Below are positions 1-9,864 of a stretch of 60,408 nucleotides of DNA, piece after piece. How positions within the stretch are numbered: position 1 is the stretch's first letter; the number at the start of each line of letters is the position of its first letter. A model generated the notes under the pieces. That model had not been told where the DNA came from. It did not search any database and saw only the letters and a list, made by a program, of their open reading frames with translations. The position numbers were made by a program, and so were the translations under genes. The stretch covers positions 1-60,408 of the forward strand of contig CANPHS010000001.1 of assembly GCA_947573925.1 (NCBI GenBank). The letters are read 5' to 3'. The DNA is from an uncultured Enterorhabdus sp. (GTDB lineage Bacteria > Actinomycetota > Coriobacteriia > Coriobacteriales > Eggerthellaceae).

Positions 1-55
1 ATTTTAACTTTTTTCCAGGTTTCATTTTAACTTTTTTCCAGGTTTCATTTTAACT
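1..55. repeat. AT-rich 23-bp tandem repeat (ATTTTAACTTTTTTCCAGGTTTC x2.4), cut by the window edge
   Basis: Exact copies at 1-23 and 24-46, plus a partial copy at 47-55. Confidence 0.9.
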
Positions 56-138
56 CTCGATGCAACAAAGTCCCAGCCGTACGTAGACTTCCGAGCTGCA
101 ACGCTTCCTCAGCCGCCTGCTGGAGTGGAGCCTGTAGA

Positions 139-173
139 AAAAAGCGCGGACGCCGGGCGGGTGGCGTCCGCGC
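139..173 (-). terminator. Intrinsic terminator of the reductase gene
   Basis: GCGCGGACGCC/GGCGTCCGCGC stem next to an A-run (U-tract on the minus strand). Confidence 0.75.
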
Positions 174-246
174 AGGGGAGGCGGGAAATGGGCCTGTCCA
201 GAAATAAATGTCGGGAGACAGCCGCGGAAGGTACCCGCGAAACCGG

Positions 247-2004
247 CTACTCGAACTTACCAGCGGCCAGGTCGTGGCCGAGCATATAGCCGAAGGTGAG
301 GCAGTTGATGCCGTAGCTGTTGCCCGGAATGGCGAAGTTGTACTCGTTGGCGTACATGTCGCCCACCATGCAGCCGACGTTGAACAGACCGGGGATGGGC
401 TCGTCGTTCTCGTCGCACACCTCCATGTTCACACTGGTGCGCAGGCCGCCCATGATGGTCATGAACGTGCAGGTGTTCTTGGCGGCGTAGTAGGGGCCGG
501 TCTCCTCGATCTCCACAAGGTAGGTGGGATCCTTGTAGAAGTCCTCGTCGACGCCCTTCTTGCACAGCTCGTTGTAGCGGGCCACGACGTCCTTCAGCTT
601 CGCCGCGTCAAGGCCGAGCTGGTCGGCCAGTTCATCCAGCGTGTCGGCCTTCCAGTAGGCACCTTCCTCGACACCGGCGTCCCAGATGGCGATCATTTCC
701 TCAGCCGTCTTCGGGGGCAGCGTGTAGTCGGAACCGAACAGGAACCATTCCTGGCCGCGGTCGATGATGGTCTGCGGGTAGTTCTTCGTCCAGATGCCGT
801 AGGCGATGTTGTCCGGCTGCGAGAGCAGGTAGTGGGCCGTGTAGGGCGCCGACACGTCCTCGCGCTGGTAGCGCTCGGTGCGGGCGTTCACGTTGAGGCC
901 CCAGTGGAAGCCGCAGGGCTCGTGGCCGCCGCCCCAGCCGCCCTGATACATGGGGGCCGCCTCGGCGTGCTGCCAGGCCGCGCCGGCCCACAGGCCCATC
1001 TTCTGGCCGTCGCCGCCGTAGATGCCGCCCATCTGGAAGCTCGTGTTGTAGTCGGTCTCGGTCTGCTCGAAGCCCACGTACTGCAGGGCCTCAGGGCAGT
1101 AGCAGGCGAGCATCTCCTTATCGGTGGAATAGTCGCCCGTAGCCAGCACGATGTAGGTGCCGTTGAACAGGGTGTAGCCCTCGGTGCCGTCGGTGTGCGA
1201 GGCCACCACGCCGGTCACGCGGCCGGCGTTGTCGCCCTCGCGGATAAGCTGCTCGGCCTTCATATCGTAGATGATCTGCACGCCGTACTCGAGGGCCTTC
1301 TTCTCGAGGGCCTCCACGGCGCCCTGCTGGCCCGTGGACACCATGGAGGAGTCGCCGAGGGTGGAGAACGCATGGGCGTAGTGGGGGCCGAGGTCGAAGT
1401 TGTTGTCGCGCTCCAAGATGACCTGGAGGCCGGCCTCGTTGGCGATGTCGATCATCCAGTTCATGGCCTCTTCGGAGTTGTTGTAGCCCTTCATCCACTT
1501 GGCCTGGTCAACAGCGAAGGAGGCGGCGCGCATCTCATGGTAGTAGAAGGGGCTGGGCGCGAAGGGCTCCACTTTCAGCTCCTCCATCACCTTGGAGTTG
1601 CGGGCGAAGTTGGAACCGCCGCGGCTGATGGGGGCGCTGGAAGCGGAGAACAGCGTCACCTTACCGCCCTGCTCGGCCGCCGCCACCGCCGTGGTGAGGC
1701 CGGACATGCCGGCACCCACGACGATGATATCGTTCTCGATGGTCTCGGTGATCTCATCCTCCGGGATGGGCGCCGGAGGCACCATGAAGGACCACTTCGG
1801 CAGCGTGTCGCCCAGCTTGATGACGACGTCGTTGGTGCTGACGGCACCTTCGGCGCTCGCATCGGCGGCACCGGCGGCATCGGATCCGGCCGCGGCCTTG
1901 TCGGCGGCCGGGGCGCATCCCGCCAGGCCTGCAGCAGCGGCACCGGCGGCGCCCACGGCACCGAGCTTGAAGAAGTCGCGGCGTGAGAATTGGTTCTTGG
2001 TCAT
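247..2004 (-). CDS. Tat-exported flavocytochrome c / FAD_binding_2 family reductase, lipoprotein
   Basis: SRRDFFK Tat motif, LAGC lipobox, VVGAGMSG FAD motif, LATGDY, TIMGGLRT...PGLFNVG; start moved to ATG 2004 behind a GGAG RBS. Confidence 0.9.
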   Translation of the reverse strand: MTKNQFSRRDFFKLGAVGAAGAAAAGLAGCAPAADKAAAGSDAAGAADASAEGAVSTNDVVIKLGDTLPKWSFMVPPAPIPEDEITETIENDIIVVGAGMSGLTTAVAAAEQGGKVTLFSASSAPISRGGSNFARNSKVMEELKVEPFAPSPFYYHEMRAASFAVDQAKWMKGYNNSEEAMNWMIDIANEAGLQVILERDNNFDLGPHYAHAFSTLGDSSMVSTGQQGAVEALEKKALEYGVQIIYDMKAEQLIREGDNAGRVTGVVASHTDGTEGYTLFNGTYIVLATGDYSTDKEMLACYCPEALQYVGFEQTETDYNTSFQMGGIYGGDGQKMGLWAGAAWQHAEAAPMYQGGWGGGHEPCGFHWGLNVNARTERYQREDVSAPYTAHYLLSQPDNIAYGIWTKNYPQTIIDRGQEWFLFGSDYTLPPKTAEEMIAIWDAGVEEGAYWKADTLDELADQLGLDAAKLKDVVARYNELCKKGVDEDFYKDPTYLVEIEETGPYYAAKNTCTFMTIMGGLRTSVNMEVCDENDEPIPGLFNVGCMVGDMYANEYNFAIPGNSYGINCLTFGYMLGHDLAAGKFE

Positions 2005-2191
2005 GAAACTCTCCCTCCTTGGAAGTGTCTTGCGGACGCCACCGATGATAGGGGCGCCGCCCCGGGGCGGCCAAGCACCTTCCCTTTGCCCGCCCGCAAC
2101 TGTTTTTTGCTTGCGCTGCGAAGGGCAGTTGCGGTAAGAATAACGGGCGGGCGCAAAGGCCCGCATGCCACGACCGACAGGGAGGGGAGCC

Positions 2192-3079
2192 GTGGACATT
2201 CGCCAACTGGAGTACTTTATCGCCGTCGCACGCCTGCGCAGCTATACCAAAGCCGCCGACGAGTTGTTCATCACGCGCCAGGCGCTCAGCAAGGCCGTGC
2301 ACAACCTGGAGCAGGAACTCGGGGAAACGCTCATCGCCCAGCGCGACGGCACGCTGGAGCCCACTGAAACCGGGCGGACGCTCATGGCCGACGCCCAGCC
2401 GGTCGTGGACGTCTACCGCGCCCTGGAGCGGCGCTACCTGGGAGAAGCGGCCCGCGGCGAGCGCATGCCCCTGCTGTCGGTGTCCCTCGTGCCGGGAGCG
2501 GCCCTCACCTTACCGCGCACCATCATCGACCGCTTCGCCGACGAGCATCCGAACCTGCTACTCTCCGTGGAAAGCTCGCCCACCGATATGGCCCTGGCCA
2601 TGGTGAAGACGGGCGAGTCGGACATCGGTATCGTCGGTTCGGCACCGCAGTACCTGACCGACTTCGACGCTCTGCAACTCGTGGAAACGGGCACCTACGT
2701 GCACGTGCCCGTGGCCAACCCGCTTTCACGGCGCGAGCGGCTCGGCGCCCACGACCTGGACGGCCAGCCCTTCGTCACCTTCGGGAAGCGCGACCACCTG
2801 CACCGCTTCTTCATGGACACCTGCGCTGATCTGGGCATCGAGCCGAACGTACTCATGACCACCTCCAACGTCGACCTGCTCACGAGCTGCGCCCTGCAGA
2901 ACGAGGCCCTCATGTTCGGCCTGCCGCCGAATGAAAACGTGGACCCCATTCCCGACTACCCCCTCGTGCCCGTCGACCTGCGGCCGGACGTCTCCTTCGG
3001 CACCTACGCCGTCAAGCGCAAAGGCGAGCCCCTGTCCCCCGCCGCCCAAGCCTTCTGGAACTACCTCGCCGGGGAGTAG
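2192..3079 (+). CDS. LysR-family transcriptional regulator, divergent from the reductase
   Basis: DIRQLEYFIAVA...SYTKAADELFITRQALSKAVHNLEQELG HTH followed by a substrate-binding domain; GTG start. Confidence 0.92.
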   Translation: MDIRQLEYFIAVARLRSYTKAADELFITRQALSKAVHNLEQELGETLIAQRDGTLEPTETGRTLMADAQPVVDVYRALERRYLGEAARGERMPLLSVSLVPGAALTLPRTIIDRFADEHPNLLLSVESSPTDMALAMVKTGESDIGIVGSAPQYLTDFDALQLVETGTYVHVPVANPLSRRERLGAHDLDGQPFVTFGKRDHLHRFFMDTCADLGIEPNVLMTTSNVDLLTSCALQNEALMFGLPPNENVDPIPDYPLVPVDLRPDVSFGTYAVKRKGEPLSPAAQAFWNYLAGE

Positions 3080-3211
3080 AGGAGCTTGACTGGGAGATTT
3101 TCGGCCAGAGCGCACAGCTCCCTGGTGCGATCCCCTGTTCTCCTCACAACAGAACCCTCGGTTGCTCCCATGCGACCGAAGGCTCGCTTTGCTGCCCTGA
3201 ACGCGCTTCCC

Positions 3212-4756
3212 CTACTCCCCCGGCTCTCCTACCAGGGCGATGACCTCGGCCTTCGATGACGTGCCCAGCTTCGCGTGGAGGTGGCGGACGTGGGTCTTCA
3301 CGGTGTTCTCGGAGAGGAACAGCTCGCGTTCGATCTCGCGGCGGGTGAGGCCCTGGGCGACAAGGGCCATGATCTCGGCTTCCCGGGCCGTGAGCCCGGC
3401 GTCGGCGGCCACGCGGTCGCAGCGGGCCATGAACCGCTCGCGCGGGCCGGCCACGTGCAGGTTCGTCTCGGGCGCCACCCCGGCCGCGCCCCAGTCGCCG
3501 TTGACGGACTTCTCGCTCGCCCACACGAGCACGCAGGCCCCCACGAGCGCGATGCCCGCCACGGCGAAGGCCACGGCAAAGGCCTCGCTGTCCATGTACC
3601 CGTTGCCCTGGAAGCCGCGGCGCAGCACGATGCCGAAGAGGATGGCCGCCTCGCTGGAGGCGCGGGCGATGGCGAAGACGCGCAGACTCGGCACCTCGTA
3701 GCGGTAGCAGATGCCCGCGAGCACCAGCAGCACGAAGAACGTGAACCACACGTAGGCGAACTTCAGCAGGAACGCCACCAGATAGGCGATGGCGCTGTGG
3801 GCGAAGGGCAGAAGCGCCAGAGCGATCACGGCCAAGGGCAGCGCCACCTTCGCGAGGAACCGCACGTCCATGCGGTCGCGGCGCACGAACATCACCGCGA
3901 GGATCACCACGGCCGCCAGCACGGTGGCCAGCACGCGGAACATCGCGCCCACGCCTTCCACGCCGCCGAGCACCAGGCCCGACGACCCCGACAGCAGCCC
4001 GGCCACGGCCATGATGGCCACGAGCTTCCACGGCACAGCGTAGCGGGTGCTCGGCCGGCGCACCGGCTCGCCCGGGAGCGCCCGCAGGCTCAGCCACGCG
4101 CACCCGAGGGAAAGACCCGGCAGCACCGCGGTAGCCATGATGGCGTAGGGCGGCCTCATGGTGCACACGAGAAACGCCGCGCCGCCGGCCACCAGACAGG
4201 AGAAGGCCCCGTACATGATGGTGCGCGTCATGCCCATCTGGGAGTAAATCTCGGCCCACAGGCAGAACAGCACCGCGCCACCGAGGGCCGTGGCCACGCC
4301 GACGGCGGCGAGGGCGAACGCGGGGGCCGAGCCCGGAATGAGCGCGAGGCCCCCTGCCAGGGTGCCGAGGCAGGTGAGCCCCACGGCCACGGCGGACAGC
4401 GCCCGGTGGCGGCTGAGCCGTCCCAGCCGCGGGGCGGCCAGGCCCAGCAGCAAAAGCATGCCCACATCGCCGACGCGCATGGCGTAGTCGAAGGTGTGGC
4501 GCGGCTCCAGGTCGAACCCGGACCCGGGGAACACCGCCGTGATGTGGGTGCAGCACAACCAGGCGATCAGAAGCCCCATGCCGAGGAACCGCCAGGGGAA
4601 GAACCGCGCCGATCCCACGGCGCCAATCCCGCCCGAAAGACCATCTTGCGAGGCCGCAGCCTCCCCGGTGCCCCTGGGGCCCATACCCGCAGCCCCCTCG
4701 ACGGCCGTCTCGGCCACGGTCTGCGCCGCCGCACGCATCGCTTCCCTTGTTCCCAT
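3212..4756 (-). CDS. Multi-TM membrane protein with C-terminal LuxR HTH (transmembrane one-component regulator)
   Basis: About 12 hydrophobic segments, then [10 protein letters not shown]...[18 protein letters not shown]; real gene is the 3' part of ORF 3212..7504; start approximate. Confidence 0.88.
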   Translation of the reverse strand: MGTREAMRAAAQTVAETAVEGAAGMGPRGTGEAAASQDGLSGGIGAVGSARFFPWRFLGMGLLIAWLCCTHITAVFPGSGFDLEPRHTFDYAMRVGDVGMLLLLGLAAPRLGRLSRHRALSAVAVGLTCLGTLAGGLALIPGSAPAFALAAVGVATALGGAVLFCLWAEIYSQMGMTRTIMYGAFSCLVAGGAAFLVCTMRPPYAIMATAVLPGLSLGCAWLSLRALPGEPVRRPSTRYAVPWKLVAIMAVAGLLSGSSGLVLGGVEGVGAMFRVLATVLAAVVILAVMFVRRDRMDVRFLAKVALPLAVIALALLPFAHSAIAYLVAFLLKFAYVWFTFFVLLVLAGICYRYEVPSLRVFAIARASSEAAILFGIVLRRGFQGNGYMDSEAFAVAFAVAGIALVGACVLVWASEKSVNGDWGAAGVAPETNLHVAGPRERFMARCDRVAADAGLTAREAEIMALVAQGLTRREIERELFLSENTVKTHVRHLHAKLGTSSKAEVIALVGEPGE

Positions 4757-4996
4757 GCCCTTGGCCCTCCGCTCTTCCCTTCTCGTGTGCGCCCATTGTA
4801 CCAGGGAAAACGCCGGGGTGAGAGGAGGGGTGAGCCCGCAATCACCTGCGATGGCGGCGACTTCACCCGCGACAAACGCCGGCAGCCGCCCCATGATGGC
4901 CCCAGCCGCTAAGGAGAGCGGCCCTCGGGTCCGACACTGCACCGGGCCCGCGCCGCCGGACAGCGGCACCGATTCCAACTCTTGGAGGGAGAGATC

Positions 4997-6649
4997 ATGA
5001 GTCATACCACCGTTTCCCGTCGCAGCTTCCTGACCCTGGGCGGCTTGGCCGCCCTCGGCGCCGGCGCGGCCCTGGCCGGGTGCGCCCCGCAGGCCCCGTC
5101 TGCGGCCAAGCTCGCCGACACCGGCGAGGGCGACACCGCGGCCGCTTCGGCCATGCAGACCGCCGACGAGACCAAGGAGTGCGACATCGCCATCGTGGGC
5201 GCCGGCGGCGCCGGCATGTGGGCGGCCGTGGAGGCCGTGCGGGCCGGCAAGTCCGTCATCGTCATCGAGAAGGGCGTCGACGTGGGCGTCTCCAACGGCT
5301 CCATCGCCGGCGGCCCGTTCATGGTGGGCTCGAAGCTCCAGCAGAACGCCGGCATCACCTTCACCGTGGAAGAGGCCTTCAACCACATCATGGAGTACTC
5401 CCACTGGTCCACGAACGCCGCGGCCGTGAAGCGGGCGGTGGAGCTGTCCGGCAGCACCGTCGACCAGTTCACCGACGAGTTCGGCGTGGCCACGGGCCTG
5501 CGCCCCGACAACTACGGCGCCGGCCACGACTCGGTGCGCTGCAACTTCCAGTCCGACCCGAAGGACTCCAAAACCCAGGCCAAGGGCGTCGACCGCATGG
5601 GCCCGCTCCAGCAGTTCATCGAGGCCAACGGCGGCGAGTTCGTGTTCAACACCGCCGGCAAGCGCCTCATCATGGAGGACGGCACCTGCGTCGGCATCCA
5701 GTGCGAGGGCGACGGCGTGCTGGACGTGAAGGCTAAGGCCGTCATTGTGGCCACGGGCGGCTTCCTCGGCAACGTCGACATGATGACCGAGCGCTTCGGC
5801 ACCTTCGTGAACCCCCTCGGCTCCATCCTGTCCGTGGGCGAGGGCATCGAGATGGTGCAGGCGGTCGGCGGCCAGGTGTCCACCCAGTGGGGCATCGCCG
5901 GCAACGAGTTCTCCGGCTCCAACCAGAACGCCGACGGCCTGTGGGGCAAGGGCAACGCCGCCTTCTCCATCGGCATCTACGGCACGCTGCTCGTGAACAA
6001 CCAGGGCCGCCGATTCAGCAACGAGGGCAAGTTCGCGAACCTGCCCCTGGCCCTCGGCGGGGCGATCTCCCTGGTCGGCGGCCAGTACTACGCCGTGGTG
6101 GACCAGGCCTACGTGGACGGGCTGGCCGGCGGCACCGACCCGTGGACGCTCTGCGGCGCCGACGAGGTGAACTGGCGCACCGGCATGATGACCCTGAAGG
6201 ACAAGCCGCTCGAGGACGTGCAGGCCAACATCGACGCCGGCGTGGACGCGGGCTGGATCTTCAAGGCCGACACCGTGGAGGCCCTGGCCGAGGCCATCGG
6301 CGCCCCCGAGCTGGTGGCGACCCTGGAGGAGTACAACGGCTACTGCGCTGCCGGCAAGGACGAGCAGTTCTACAAGCCGGCCTGCTTCCTGCAGCCCGTT
6401 GCGGAAGGCCCCTTCTACGCCATGCAGTACGAGCCGAGCGCCTGGGTGACCATCGGCGGCATCCGCACCAACGACCGCCTGCAGGCCATCGACGACGCGG
6501 GCATCGCCATCTCGGGCCTGTACGTGGCCGGCGCCGACAACGGCACCCTCATGAGCGCCCCCTACTGCGACTACGAGGGCTTCTCCCTCATGTGCGCCTA
6601 CAGCGGCGGCCGCATGGCCGGCATGTACGCCGCCGAAGCCGTGGCCTAA
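4997..6649 (+). CDS. Tat-exported flavocytochrome c / FAD_binding_2 family reductase, lipoprotein
   Basis: SRRSFL Tat motif, [26 protein letters not shown]...GLYVAG. Confidence 0.9.
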   Translation: MSHTTVSRRSFLTLGGLAALGAGAALAGCAPQAPSAAKLADTGEGDTAAASAMQTADETKECDIAIVGAGGAGMWAAVEAVRAGKSVIVIEKGVDVGVSNGSIAGGPFMVGSKLQQNAGITFTVEEAFNHIMEYSHWSTNAAAVKRAVELSGSTVDQFTDEFGVATGLRPDNYGAGHDSVRCNFQSDPKDSKTQAKGVDRMGPLQQFIEANGGEFVFNTAGKRLIMEDGTCVGIQCEGDGVLDVKAKAVIVATGGFLGNVDMMTERFGTFVNPLGSILSVGEGIEMVQAVGGQVSTQWGIAGNEFSGSNQNADGLWGKGNAAFSIGIYGTLLVNNQGRRFSNEGKFANLPLALGGAISLVGGQYYAVVDQAYVDGLAGGTDPWTLCGADEVNWRTGMMTLKDKPLEDVQANIDAGVDAGWIFKADTVEALAEAIGAPELVATLEEYNGYCAAGKDEQFYKPACFLQPVAEGPFYAMQYEPSAWVTIGGIRTNDRLQAIDDAGIAISGLYVAGADNGTLMSAPYCDYEGFSLMCAYSGGRMAGMYAAEAVA

Positions 6650-6752
6650 CGCCCGGCCGGCGCGGCCCAGCCGGCAGCGCGGTGCGCAGCGCCCGGGCCG
6701 CCACTCTCCGTTATCCCCGCGCGGGCCTCCCCTCCCCGGCCCGCGCCCAACG

Positions 6753-6790
6753 AAAAAGCCCCCGACCGCTCGCATGCGGTCGGGGGCTTC
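6753..6790. terminator. Terminator hairpin between convergent reductase and pspA
   Basis: AAGCCCCCGACCGC/GCGGTCGGGGGCTT inverted repeat with an A-run on the left. Confidence 0.75.
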
Positions 6791-6813
6791 GCCTTCGTTG
6801 GGAATCGCCGGGG

Positions 6814-7497
6814 TTACTCCAGGCCCATCTCCTTCTTCAGGCGGGCGAGGTCGTCGTCGACGGCGGCTTCGGCGCCGGCGGCGGCGTACTTCTTGGCGAG
6901 GTCCTCGGTGGGGTCGGCCGGCTTCTCGGACAGCTCGGCCACGGCGTTGGCGCGGTCGAGCATCTCGTCGGCCTTGGCCTCCATGCGGTCGAACGCGCTG
7001 CGAGCGCCCTCGGCGCGGTCGCTCGCGGAGGTCATCTCGTTCACCTTGGACTGGGTCTTCGCCACGGCGGCCTTGGCCTTGATGGTGGCCTTCCGCGCAT
7101 TCAGCTCCTCGATGTCGGCGACAAGCTTGTCGTGCATCTGGCGCATCTTGTCGGCGTTGGCCTTGGCGCCCTCGTAGGCCACAGTCAGCCCCTCGGTGCG
7201 GCCCGCCAGCTCCTGCTTCTTCGCGAGGAACACGCGGGCGTCGGCCTCGTTGCCGGCAGCCAGGGCCTTGCGGGCCAGCTCCTCGTACTTCTCCATCTCG
7301 GCGAGGTTCTCGTCCACGAGCTTCTTGCAGCGGCGCTCCTCGGCCATGACGCCGGCGGTGGCCTCGCGCACCTCGGCCAGCGACTCGGTCATCTCGCGCA
7401 GGTACTGGTCCACCATCTTCTCGGGGTCTTCCGCCTTGTCCAGCAGCTCGTTGATGTTCGCCTTCACGATGGAGGTGAAGCGGTCGAGGATACCCAT
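6814..7497 (-). CDS. pspA: PspA/IM30 family protein
   Basis: [37 protein letters not shown]-terminus, coiled coil, [17 protein letters not shown]-terminus. Confidence 0.92.
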   Translation of the reverse strand: MGILDRFTSIVKANINELLDKAEDPEKMVDQYLREMTESLAEVREATAGVMAEERRCKKLVDENLAEMEKYEELARKALAAGNEADARVFLAKKQELAGRTEGLTVAYEGAKANADKMRQMHDKLVADIEELNARKATIKAKAAVAKTQSKVNEMTSASDRAEGARSAFDRMEAKADEMLDRANAVAELSEKPADPTEDLAKKYAAAGAEAAVDDDLARLKKEMGLE

Positions 7498-7587
7498 GGT
7501 GCATCTCCTATCTGGCCGTGTCGGCCGGGTCGGTCGCCTCGCCGAAAGCGAGGCGGGAACGGCAAGCGCCAGCGGGCGCGGTGGTCT

Positions 7588-8772
7588 TTACTGCGGCGGC
7601 CTCGTGGGCTGCACGGGCGGCGCATCCGACGGGCCGGCGGCCCCGGGTGTCGCGTACTTCTTTTCCAAGTCTTCCAGCTCGGCATCGGCGAAGGACTCCA
7701 GCGGCGTGTTCAGGATCTCCTGCATCCGCTCGGCTTCCCGTTGCTTCGCCAGCCGCCGGTTCCGCACGATGACGAACACGACGACGGCCACAATTATGAC
7801 CGCACCGCTCACCGCGACAATCGGCAGCGGCGAAGGTGTCACCGTCATGATACGGTCGGCCGTGTCGGCAAACGCATCGGAGAAAATTTCCTCCTCGGTC
7901 AGGCTCATGTCATCGTAGTTCTGGCTCAGGTAGGCCTTGAAGATGTTGATGGCCTCGTCGTCGAGCACCGAACCCGTTTGCGCTCCGGCCCAGTAGGCGG
8001 CGTTGAAGCGCCCCTGGCCGTTGTCGCAGAACACCAGCACGAAATGGGCCTGGTCGGTGAACAGCTCGTCGTACTTCGCCTTCGCGATGGATTGCAGCTG
8101 CTCGTAGGAGCTCACCGACCCGTTCGGCAGAATGTACACGTAGGGCTGCACGCCGGTTTCCTCGTAGAAATGGCGCAGGCCGCGCTCCAGCTTGGCCGGG
8201 TCGTGAATCCAGTCGCCGTCCTCGTCGGTGAAGTAGCCGGTCTCGTTGACGGAACCCGTCGGCAGCGCCGTGCGCTCCACGGTGGACGCGGGGACGTCGG
8301 CACTGGAGCAGCTGCCGCCGCCCAGGGCCATCACCAGCAGAAGCACCAGCGCCACCACGGCCAGCACCACGAACACGGTGCCGCACCCGCTGTTGGGCGC
8401 CTTGCCCTGGGGCGTGCCGGGCTGGGGCGCGTTCGGGCCGCCGGGACCGCCGGAGCCCGGTTGCTGCGGGCCACTCGGCTGCGGCGGCATGGGAGGAGGA
8501 GTGGAGCCCCCGCCGGAACCCCGGCTGGAGCCTATGATGCCCCCGAGCAGGCCGCCCCAAAAGCTTCCGCCTCCGAGACCGCCGCCGTAATAGCCGCCGC
8601 CATGGTAACCTCCGCCGAGGCTCGGGCCGCCGAAGCCGCCTCCGGCCGAGCGGCCGCCGTGGCCGGAGCCGCCGGAGAATCCGCCCCCGAAGCCGCCGCC
8701 ACCGCTTCCAAAGCCGCCGCCGAAGCCGCCGCCTCCTGAAAACCCGCCTCCACCACCACCCGATCGACCCAT
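7588..8772 (-). CDS. Membrane protein with Gly-rich N-terminus and TPM-like extracytoplasmic domain, upstream of pspA
   Basis: Gly/Phe-rich N-terminus, Pro/Gln linker, TM, domain containing FYEETGVQPYVY, second TM, charged tail; RBS present. Confidence 0.7.
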   Translation of the reverse strand: MGRSGGGGGGFSGGGGFGGGFGSGGGGFGGGFSGGSGHGGRSAGGGFGGPSLGGGYHGGGYYGGGLGGGSFWGGLLGGIIGSSRGSGGGSTPPPMPPQPSGPQQPGSGGPGGPNAPQPGTPQGKAPNSGCGTVFVVLAVVALVLLLVMALGGGSCSSADVPASTVERTALPTGSVNETGYFTDEDGDWIHDPAKLERGLRHFYEETGVQPYVYILPNGSVSSYEQLQSIAKAKYDELFTDQAHFVLVFCDNGQGRFNAAYWAGAQTGSVLDDEAINIFKAYLSQNYDDMSLTEEEIFSDAFADTADRIMTVTPSPLPIVAVSGAVIIVAVVVFVIVRNRRLAKQREAERMQEILNTPLESFADAELEDLEKKYATPGAAGPSDAPPVQPTRPPQ

Positions 8773-8843
8773 GCTACTTCCTTACTTTCATCCCGGCTTT
8801 CTGCGTTACGCCCGTTTTCCTGGACGTGCCTGCCGCAAACAAA

Positions 8844-9040
8844 CGATGTGACTGAGCGCATCGAAGAAATGGGGCATTTTCACCATCGCTTTGGCCCATT
8901 CGCACGGTTCCCTTGCCGCAAATCGCCGATATGCTCAGTCACATCGCACTTTCGCGGCAGATTCCGCCTTCCCGAAGGCCTCCAAAGCGCGTTTACTGCC
9001 CCAAATGCGCGATCTGCTCAGTCGCATCGCGCATTTGGGG
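8844..9040. repeat. Three 20-bp palindromic-ended repeats at exact 83-bp spacing
   Basis: CGATGTGACTGAGCGCATCG (8844, inverted), CGATATGCTCAGTCACATCG (8927), CGATCTGCTCAGTCGCATCG (9010). Confidence 0.8.
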
Positions 9041-9091
9041 CATTCCGCGGCGCCGACACTTCCGCCGTTGCGTCGACAACAGCGGAACACA

Positions 9092-9562
9092 CTACTTCAC
9101 AATGAGCACGGGCACGTTGGTCTTGTGCAGCACGGAGTAGCACACGCTGCCCAGCATGCCGCGCACGGCGCCGAGGCCGCGGTGGCCCATGACGATGCAG
9201 TCGTAGGCGCCCTCGTCGGCGTAGGCCGTGATGGAGTCGTGGGGCGAGCCGTTCACCACCGCGATGCCGATACCGGCCGCGTCGCCCACCAAAGGCGCGA
9301 TGTTCTCGGCAATGGCGTCGGTGTCGGCCTTGATGGCCTCGTTCTCCACCTCGGAGATGACGTCCATGTCCATGGCATCGCCCATGACACCGGACATGCG
9401 CGAGGCGATCTTGAAGGTCTCGGCGTTGAAATCGTGCCAGTCGACCACCGACAGCACGGTAATCTGCGCGTCGGGCACGCCGGCCGCCAGGTCGAGGGCC
9501 GCCGCGAGCGCGTGCTGGGCCGGCTCGGACTTGTCGTAGGGGACGAGAATCTTCTGGTACAT
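9092..9562 (-). CDS. Universal stress protein
   Basis: MYQKILVPYDKSE...DCIVMGHRGLGAVRGMLGSV...VPVLIVK. Confidence 0.93.
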   Translation of the reverse strand: MYQKILVPYDKSEPAQHALAAALDLAAGVPDAQITVLSVVDWHDFNAETFKIASRMSGVMGDAMDMDVISEVENEAIKADTDAIAENIAPLVGDAAGIGIAVVNGSPHDSITAYADEGAYDCIVMGHRGLGAVRGMLGSVCYSVLHKTNVPVLIVK

Positions 9563-9728
9563 AACAGCCTCCTGTTCCTCGGGCTCTCGAAAGCTCACCC
9601 GCCAACTCATAATAAATAAGTCGTGAGGTCATTTTATCACGGGCACCCAGCCACCCCGCGCCCCCACACACTTGTAGACACCATGTAAGAAAATCCCCCG
9701 GGTTCGCCCAAGGAAGTCAGCGAGGTTG

Positions 9729-9818
9729 CGACAGGCACCTGGAATTGTGCTGATGCGCGGCTGAGCGGCCTTCGTGCCGCGAAGGAAAGCGCAGAAGTGC
9801 AAGGCCAGGTGCCTGTCG
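9729..9818. repeat. REP-like inverted repeat element
   Basis: CGACAGGCACCTGG (9729-9742) / CCAGGTGCCTGTCG (9805-9818), perfect 14 bp. Confidence 0.65.
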
Positions 9819-9864
9819 GAACCGCAGCGTCGGCGTTCCCGTCGTTGCGTCAGCAACGACGGAA

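Noticed and set aside
208-1986. Long antisense ORFs (208..1986, 5887..8739, 11807..14995, 46562..48448, 52323..53876 and similar)
   Set aside because: Shadow frames of real high-GC genes on the opposite strand; no recognisable motifs.
4757-7504. 1430-aa ORF 3212..7504 as a giant fusion protein
   Set aside because: Only the last ~515 codons are the LuxR gene; the rest is antisense to the reductase and off-frame to pspA.
8844-9040. CRISPR array
   Set aside because: Only three 20-bp units, mixed orientation, 63-bp spacers, no cas genes.
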